From Flavobacteriaceae bacterium (GTDB taxonomy: Bacteria; Bacteroidota; Bacteroidia; Flavobacteriales; Flavobacteriaceae): a DNA stretch of 64,000 nt. The stretch covers positions 3,185,895-3,249,894 of the forward strand of contig OZ245049.1 of NCBI GenBank assembly GCA_965224465.1. The letters are read 5' to 3'. The notes beneath the pieces are model-generated. The model was given only the letters and a program-made list of their open reading frames with translations. It did not search any database and had not been told where the DNA came from. This document shows positions 59,193 through 64,000 of this stretch, one piece after another. The position numbers were made by a program, and so were the translations under genes. Position 1 is the stretch's first letter. Each line of letters starts with the position of its first letter.

Positions 59193-59856
59193 AATAATTG
59201 CTGTAGATGATCACAATTTTTTACTAGAAGGAATTGTAAATGCTTTAGATAAGCACGACGAAATAGAAATTGTTGTAAAGAGCAAATGTGACGAAGCGTA
59301 TAAAGAGATATTGAGTGCTATTGCAAAAAAGACCCCTTTTGATATTGTATTTACAGATTTGAGTTTTGAAAACACAACAGATTCCGATGAAATTTTAGGA
59401 GGAGAGGATTTATTAAGGAAATTAAACAGTGAAAATATAGCGATTAAAAAAGGGGTAATTACAGGGCATTCTTCCATTAATAGGGTGTTTAATGTCATAC
59501 ATAATTTAAAACCTCAAGCCTATATTTTAAAAAGCAACTGTTCTTCTGACGAACTTTATTTTGCAGTTCGGAAAATGCTGAAAAACGAATATTTTTATAC
59601 ACATTCTATTCATGAGAAACTTATGAGACGTAGAATTGTAGAAATTCAAATGGACGATGTTGCTATTCAAATTTTAAAAGAATTACCAAGGCATTCAAAA
59701 ATTAAAAATATGGTGGGTGTAATTAACAACTCAAAAGGTGTAGCGTTAAGTCTACGAACTATAGAAAATAAATTGAGCAATCTTCGCATAGATCTAGATG
59801 CAAATAACAATATCGATTTATTTACCATCGCCAAAGAGTTAGGGATTGTAGATTAA
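59179..59856 (+). CDS. response regulator, receiver plus divergent LuxR-type HTH
   Basis: Receiver residues AVDDH, FTDLSF (phospho-acceptor Asp), ITGHSS and a conserved Lys. C-terminal TIENKLSNLRIDL is LuxR-like. 14-bp overlap with the kinase gene. Confidence 0.65.
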   Translation: MKRIRIIAVDDHNFLLEGIVNALDKHDEIEIVVKSKCDEAYKEILSAIAKKTPFDIVFTDLSFENTTDSDEILGGEDLLRKLNSENIAIKKGVITGHSSINRVFNVIHNLKPQAYILKSNCSSDELYFAVRKMLKNEYFYTHSIHEKLMRRRIVEIQMDDVAIQILKELPRHSKIKNMVGVINNSKGVALSLRTIENKLSNLRIDLDANNNIDLFTIAKELGIVD

Positions 59857-60103
59857 AGGGTGTAAATGATGGTAGATGGACTGAAATACAGCAAGAGTCT
59901 TAGATTTAAATCTAATAATTACCTAGCATAGAACTTAGGTTCTTATACTTTTATCTTTAATTCTCAGTCATTTCAGAAAAGCACACGTGTAAATGTGTTT
60001 TACCGTTACTGATTTATAGGATACTATGTATATTTGTAAGGTACTTGATATATAAATTGCTAGTTTGAAGTTATTATAAGTACTAAAATTGAAATGAAAA
60101 AGG

Positions 60104-60139
60104 GAAAAAAGCTATCTTTTAAAGATGGCTTTTTTTTTT
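60104..60139 (+). terminator. orphan intrinsic-terminator-like hairpin inside the 470-bp intergenic region
   Basis: A6-GCTATCTTT-t-AAAGATGGC-T10. It lies about 250 bp downstream of the regulator stop and about 190 bp upstream of the TBDR start. Confidence 0.45.
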
Positions 60140-60328
60140 GTTTAAAATTCACGTAGAATCATTCCGAGGTTCCATAATTATTTGAGGGTTAAATTCATGT
60201 TATTTAACTGATAATTATCCTTGATATGGCTAACATTAAATTAACGCTTTTATCATAAATGAATAACTTCATGGTAACCTGTTGTTTTTATTACTGCCCT
60301 TTATTTGCGGTAGAAATAATTAATAAAA

Positions 60329-63145
60329 ATGAAAAAAATAATTACAGTTATATTGATGTTTACATGTATGATTTCTTTCGCTCAGGAAAAAGGAATTATA
60401 AAAGGGACAATCTACGACAAGGAGTTCAATAATGAGCCTTTGCCATTTGCAAATATCTATATAGAAGGGACTACCATGGGTACAACTTCAGAAATGGATG
60501 GAACGTATGCTTTTGATATTGTTCCAGGAACCTACACTGTTGTTTTTAGTTTTTTGGGATATGATACCGAAAAAAAAGTAGGGCTTACTATTAAGAAAGG
60601 AGAAACAATTGTTTTGAATCAAACTTTGAGTGCGAGTGCAGGCGTTGCTCTAAACGAAATATTGATTCAAGGAGCTGTAAAAAAAGAATCTGTTTCTGCA
60701 TTGCTTGCCGAGCAGAAGAAAGCGGTGGCGATCAAGCAAAGTATTGGAGCGGAGGAATTGTCTCAAAAAGGAATAGGGGATGCAGCATCTGCTGTTTCTA
60801 AGATCTCAGGAATTTCGAAAGAAGGATCTTCAAATGTCTATGTGCGTGGTTTAGGAGATCGTTATTTGAATACGACCTTAAATGGTTTGTCTCTTCCTTC
60901 TAATGATATCAACAAAAAAAATATAGATTTAAATTTATTTTCTACAGACATTATTCAGAATGTAAGTGTTAGTAAAGCCTATGCGGCTCATTTATACGGA
61001 GATTTTGCTGCGGGGAATATCAATATAAAAACAAAAGAGTACAGTGGGGATGGTATGTTAGAAATTACTGTTGGAACTGGACAGAATTCGGCGGTGAATG
61101 GAACGGATTTTAAACAGTCCGAAGGAACAGGAAATTTTGGGTTCTACAATCGCTATAATCACAATCCGTATGCGGTAGTACTATCTCATAAAGTAGATCC
61201 TGTAAGGGGATGGAATCCTATCAATGCTTCTGCAAGCATTGTGATGGGGAAATCGTTTCGTTTTTCTGAAGAGCGTCGACTAAGTGTGTTTGCAACGGTT
61301 GCATTTGATAAAAAATATGCCTTTGTCTCGGGGACAGAAGTGGACTATACCACGGTAGAGAAAAAGAAATTTCCTCATGTAGATTCTTATGAAACATCCA
61401 ATACCACCACAGCGATGCTAAATTCCTCTTATCGTATTGATGACCGCAATAAACTGTCTTATAATGCGCTTTTCGTGAATGCAGCAAAGGATCAAGTAGG
61501 ATATTACGGAACACAAGGATTAGGGTCAAATAGAGATGCAAAACTAAATACTGATACGGGCTTTTATCAAATGAATGTGCAGTTTAACCAAGATATGATT
61601 TATGTGAATCAGCTTGTAGGAACACATAGTTCTGAAGATCAAAAATTAGCATTAGACTGGGGGGTAGGTTTCAATAAAGTGTTGTCTCGTGAGCCAGATC
61701 GCAAACGATTTTCTCTAGAGAATTACCACTATTTTTTGGATGATGACGCAACAACCAATCCGAGTGTTTTTCAAAATAATTCTTTTGACAATCAGCGCTA
61801 TTTCGAAACCATTAGAGATGCCGAGTATACCTCTCGAATTCAGTTTGCCTATACAGCATCGGATCAGTTTAAGGTATTTGTTGGGTATGATGGAAAATAT
61901 AAGAAACGTTATTTCGAAAATGTGAGATATGGTTATAAAAATGTAGCAAAAAGCATAGTGGTTGACCCTTCTAATTTTGATGCCATTTTTAATCTTCAAA
62001 ACATAGCAGGCGGATTGGTGGAAACGGATGTTTTTAATCCTATTTATCCAGAAGGCGGTATTGGACCAACCAATTTTCCAGGGTTGTTAGAAAACACGTA
62101 TAACGGGAAATCTACGGTTGTTGCACCGTATACATCGGCAGAAATTAAAGCAGGGAAATGGCTGTTTGTTCCAGGAGTAAGAATGGAATTGTTTGATCAA
62201 GAAATTTCTTGGGACGTAATTAATTTATTAAACAACCCTGGAGAAGCCCAAATCAAGGAAACCTTGTACTTGCCTAGTTTAAATATTAAATATAGTTTAA
62301 ATAAAAATCAAAACCTTCGTTTGGCTATGAGTTCTACTGTTTCTTTTCCTGAATTTAAAGAAATGGCTCCTTATGTATATGAAGGTGTAACAAGTAGGAC
62401 AGGAGGGAATCCAGATTTATTAGGGCGTCAGGAAGGTATAAAATACACCAATGTAAAGGAGGTGTCCTATTCGGATATATTAAATATAGATCTTAAATAC
62501 GAATGGTTTATTTCTTCTGATGAGTTGATTTCAATTGCAGGGTTTGCAAAGCAAATTAAAGATCCTGTCAACTTAGTTGTTGCGAATGATGCTACTGGGA
62601 CACAACGTTATTTCAGAACAGGAGAAAAGGCGAACATTATGGGAATTGAGTTAGAAGTAAAGAAGAATATCTTTAAAAACAGTCAAGGAAAAACCCTTTT
62701 AGGTGCAGGGTTTAACGTGTCTTATATGCATACAGAACAAGATTTGTATGCGACAGTGAGTGGTACTTTTAGTACAGGTTTCGATCGTGATAAAGAAGCG
62801 TTACAAGGAGCATCACCATTATTGGTCAATGCGGATATTAGTTACCATCCATCATTTGGAGATTTTGTAAGCTCGGATATTAATGTGATTGCCAGTTATT
62901 TTTCAGATCGCATTTATGCCTTAGGGTCAGGGAGATTAGGAAATAAAATTGAAAAGGGGTTTGCCACCTTAGATTTGGTATGGAAAAATAAGTTTGGAAC
63001 CCATTTCGAATTTAATATGAGTGCAAAAAATCTCTTAAACCCAGCCGTTGAGGTGGTAAGAGAATTAGCAAACGATAAAAGCGTAGCAATTAAATCATAT
63101 AAATATGGAATTGATTTTGGATTCCAACTAAAGTATAAATTTTAA
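60329..63145 (+). CDS. TonB-dependent receptor with N-terminal carboxypeptidase-regulatory-like domain
   Basis: 938 aa with signal peptide, CarboxypepD_reg-like segment (IKGTIYDKEF...PLPFANIYIEGTTMGTTSEMDGTY), plug and barrel. The C-terminal residue is Phe. Confidence 0.85.
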   Translation: MKKIITVILMFTCMISFAQEKGIIKGTIYDKEFNNEPLPFANIYIEGTTMGTTSEMDGTYAFDIVPGTYTVVFSFLGYDTEKKVGLTIKKGETIVLNQTLSASAGVALNEILIQGAVKKESVSALLAEQKKAVAIKQSIGAEELSQKGIGDAASAVSKISGISKEGSSNVYVRGLGDRYLNTTLNGLSLPSNDINKKNIDLNLFSTDIIQNVSVSKAYAAHLYGDFAAGNINIKTKEYSGDGMLEITVGTGQNSAVNGTDFKQSEGTGNFGFYNRYNHNPYAVVLSHKVDPVRGWNPINASASIVMGKSFRFSEERRLSVFATVAFDKKYAFVSGTEVDYTTVEKKKFPHVDSYETSNTTTAMLNSSYRIDDRNKLSYNALFVNAAKDQVGYYGTQGLGSNRDAKLNTDTGFYQMNVQFNQDMIYVNQLVGTHSSEDQKLALDWGVGFNKVLSREPDRKRFSLENYHYFLDDDATTNPSVFQNNSFDNQRYFETIRDAEYTSRIQFAYTASDQFKVFVGYDGKYKKRYFENVRYGYKNVAKSIVVDPSNFDAIFNLQNIAGGLVETDVFNPIYPEGGIGPTNFPGLLENTYNGKSTVVAPYTSAEIKAGKWLFVPGVRMELFDQEISWDVINLLNNPGEAQIKETLYLPSLNIKYSLNKNQNLRLAMSSTVSFPEFKEMAPYVYEGVTSRTGGNPDLLGRQEGIKYTNVKEVSYSDILNIDLKYEWFISSDELISIAGFAKQIKDPVNLVVANDATGTQRYFRTGEKANIMGIELEVKKNIFKNSQGKTLLGAGFNVSYMHTEQDLYATVSGTFSTGFDRDKEALQGASPLLVNADISYHPSFGDFVSSDINVIASYFSDRIYALGSGRLGNKIEKGFATLDLVWKNKFGTHFEFNMSAKNLLNPAVEVVRELANDKSVAIKSYKYGIDFGFQLKYKF

Positions 63146-63178
63146 CAATTAAAAATAAAAATTGAAAAACTAATAACA

Positions 63179-64000
63179 ATGAAAAATACAATTAAAATAG
63201 CAGTAGTAGTATTTCTAGCCGTCTTTGTGATATCATGTGCAGAAGATGATACTTCAGACATTATTATCAATTCTACAATCACCAATAATACGACTAATAA
63301 TAGTGGTTCTGGAAACGGAAATACCTCGAAAACCGTATACCTTTCAGGGACTTATGTGGTGGATTTGAGTTTGGAAGCTGAGAATAAATATATTTTAAAT
63401 GGAGCATTGGTAATGTCTCAAGGGACTACTTTAAATATTGAGCCAGGAACGGTAATTAAAGCATTGGCTGCTGGATCTGATATTTATGTTGCAATTTCTC
63501 AAGGAGCAAAAATTAATGCAATTGGTACCGTGGCGAATCCTATCGTATTTACTTCTGATGCTACTGTACCTAAAGCTGGAGATTGGGGAGGTTTAATATT
63601 ACTTGGAAAAGCACCCATCAATTCTGTAACAGGAGGAGACTTAACGTCTACTTCAGAAATTGGAGCATTGCCTTATGGAGGTGCTGTTGTTGCGGATAAT
63701 TCAGGAACTTTAAAATATGTTCGGGTAGAATATTCTGGAGGGAAAGCAGATGGTCAGTCAGAGAATAATGGCTTTTCTTTTTATGGAGTAGGGAATGGAA
63801 CTACCGTATCTTATATTCAGATGTTTGAAGGATTGGATGACGGAATTGAGTTCTTCGGAGGGACTGTAAATGTTGATTTTTTATCGGTTGTAAATGCACA
63901 GGACGATTCTATTGACTGGACGGAAGGTTTTTCTGGGAACATCACCAATGCCTATGTAAAACACGGTGTAAATCATGATAAAGGGATAGAAGCAGATGGA
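63179..64000 (+). CDS. lipoprotein, 5' partial (runs off the window end), downstream partner of the TonB-dependent receptor
   Basis: MKNTIKIAVVVFLAVFVISC lipobox. Frame stays open to position 64000. Gly/Thr-rich segments with repetitive beta-strand-like patterns. It is not SusD-like. Confidence 0.5.
   Translation, partial: MKNTIKIAVVVFLAVFVISCAEDDTSDIIINSTITNNTTNNSGSGNGNTSKTVYLSGTYVVDLSLEAENKYILNGALVMSQGTTLNIEPGTVIKALAAGSDIYVAISQGAKINAIGTVANPIVFTSDATVPKAGDWGGLILLGKAPINSVTGGDLTSTSEIGALPYGGAVVADNSGTLKYVRVEYSGGKADGQSENNGFSFYGVGNGTTVSYIQMFEGLDDGIEFFGGTVNVDFLSVVNAQDDSIDWTEGFSGNITNAYVKHGVNHDKGIEADG

Noticed and set aside
1-64000. Scan for tRNA, rRNA, tmRNA and known riboswitch cores in all ORF-free stretches longer than 150 bp.
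   Set aside because: No GTTCGAATC-type T-arm, cloverleaf-compatible segments or recognisable riboswitch boxes (B12, TPP, SAM, lysine) were found by eye. Absence is not proven without tRNAscan or Infernal.

Overview
This window looks like a chromosomal segment from a low-GC Bacteroidota genome, probably Flavobacteriia. The evidence is gene content: an IPExxxVDY-family protein, a TonB-dependent receptor with an N-terminal CarboxypepD_reg domain, an OlsF-like fused acyltransferase, TAnnTTTG-type -7 promoter boxes, and the order rnc-pyk and acpP-fabF-rnc. Most of the window is housekeeping: aspartokinase, fbp, sod, rnhA, purN, acpP, fabF, rnc, pyk, aspS, tatA, panB, mutS, rsmI. Reading from the 5' end, the window begins with a urease accessory/nickel cluster. 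A TonB-dependent receptor 3' fragment is followed by ureE-ureF-ureG, ureD, a His-rich HupE/UreJ nickel permease and a putative porin; ureABC is not in the window. Further on come a flotillin/NfeD pair, a PadR regulator with two HAAS-like membrane paralogs and a membrane protein plus ABC ATPase, a 1418-aa cytoplasmic PAS hybrid kinase followed by ECF sigma, anti-sigma and an O-methyltransferase, and a tandem pair of TPR sensor kinases (one with a degenerate ATPase) with a NarL-type regulator. What stands out is repetitive non-coding DNA. (1) A roughly 160-bp repeat with about 30-bp imperfect terminal inverted repeats and two conserved internal hairpins occurs at least 10 times. Copies cluster around an MFS transporter (6.1-9.3 kb) and in a 3.4-kb ORF-free stretch (24.7-28.1 kb), with further copies flanking the PadR gene. 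I call it MITE-like. (2) A 3-copy structured element looks like a roughly 95-nt minus-strand small RNA family. Each copy has a TAnnTTTG -7 box, a 7-bp hairpin, a second hairpin (UUCG tetraloop in two copies) and an intrinsic terminator, with compensatory base changes between copies. Each copy sits just downstream of a MITE-like copy. (3) A complete 2-ORF IS66-family element (GTAAGCG termini) has inserted into one MITE-like copy with an 8-bp target duplication, GGTGATTT. No tRNA, rRNA or CRISPR array was recognised.
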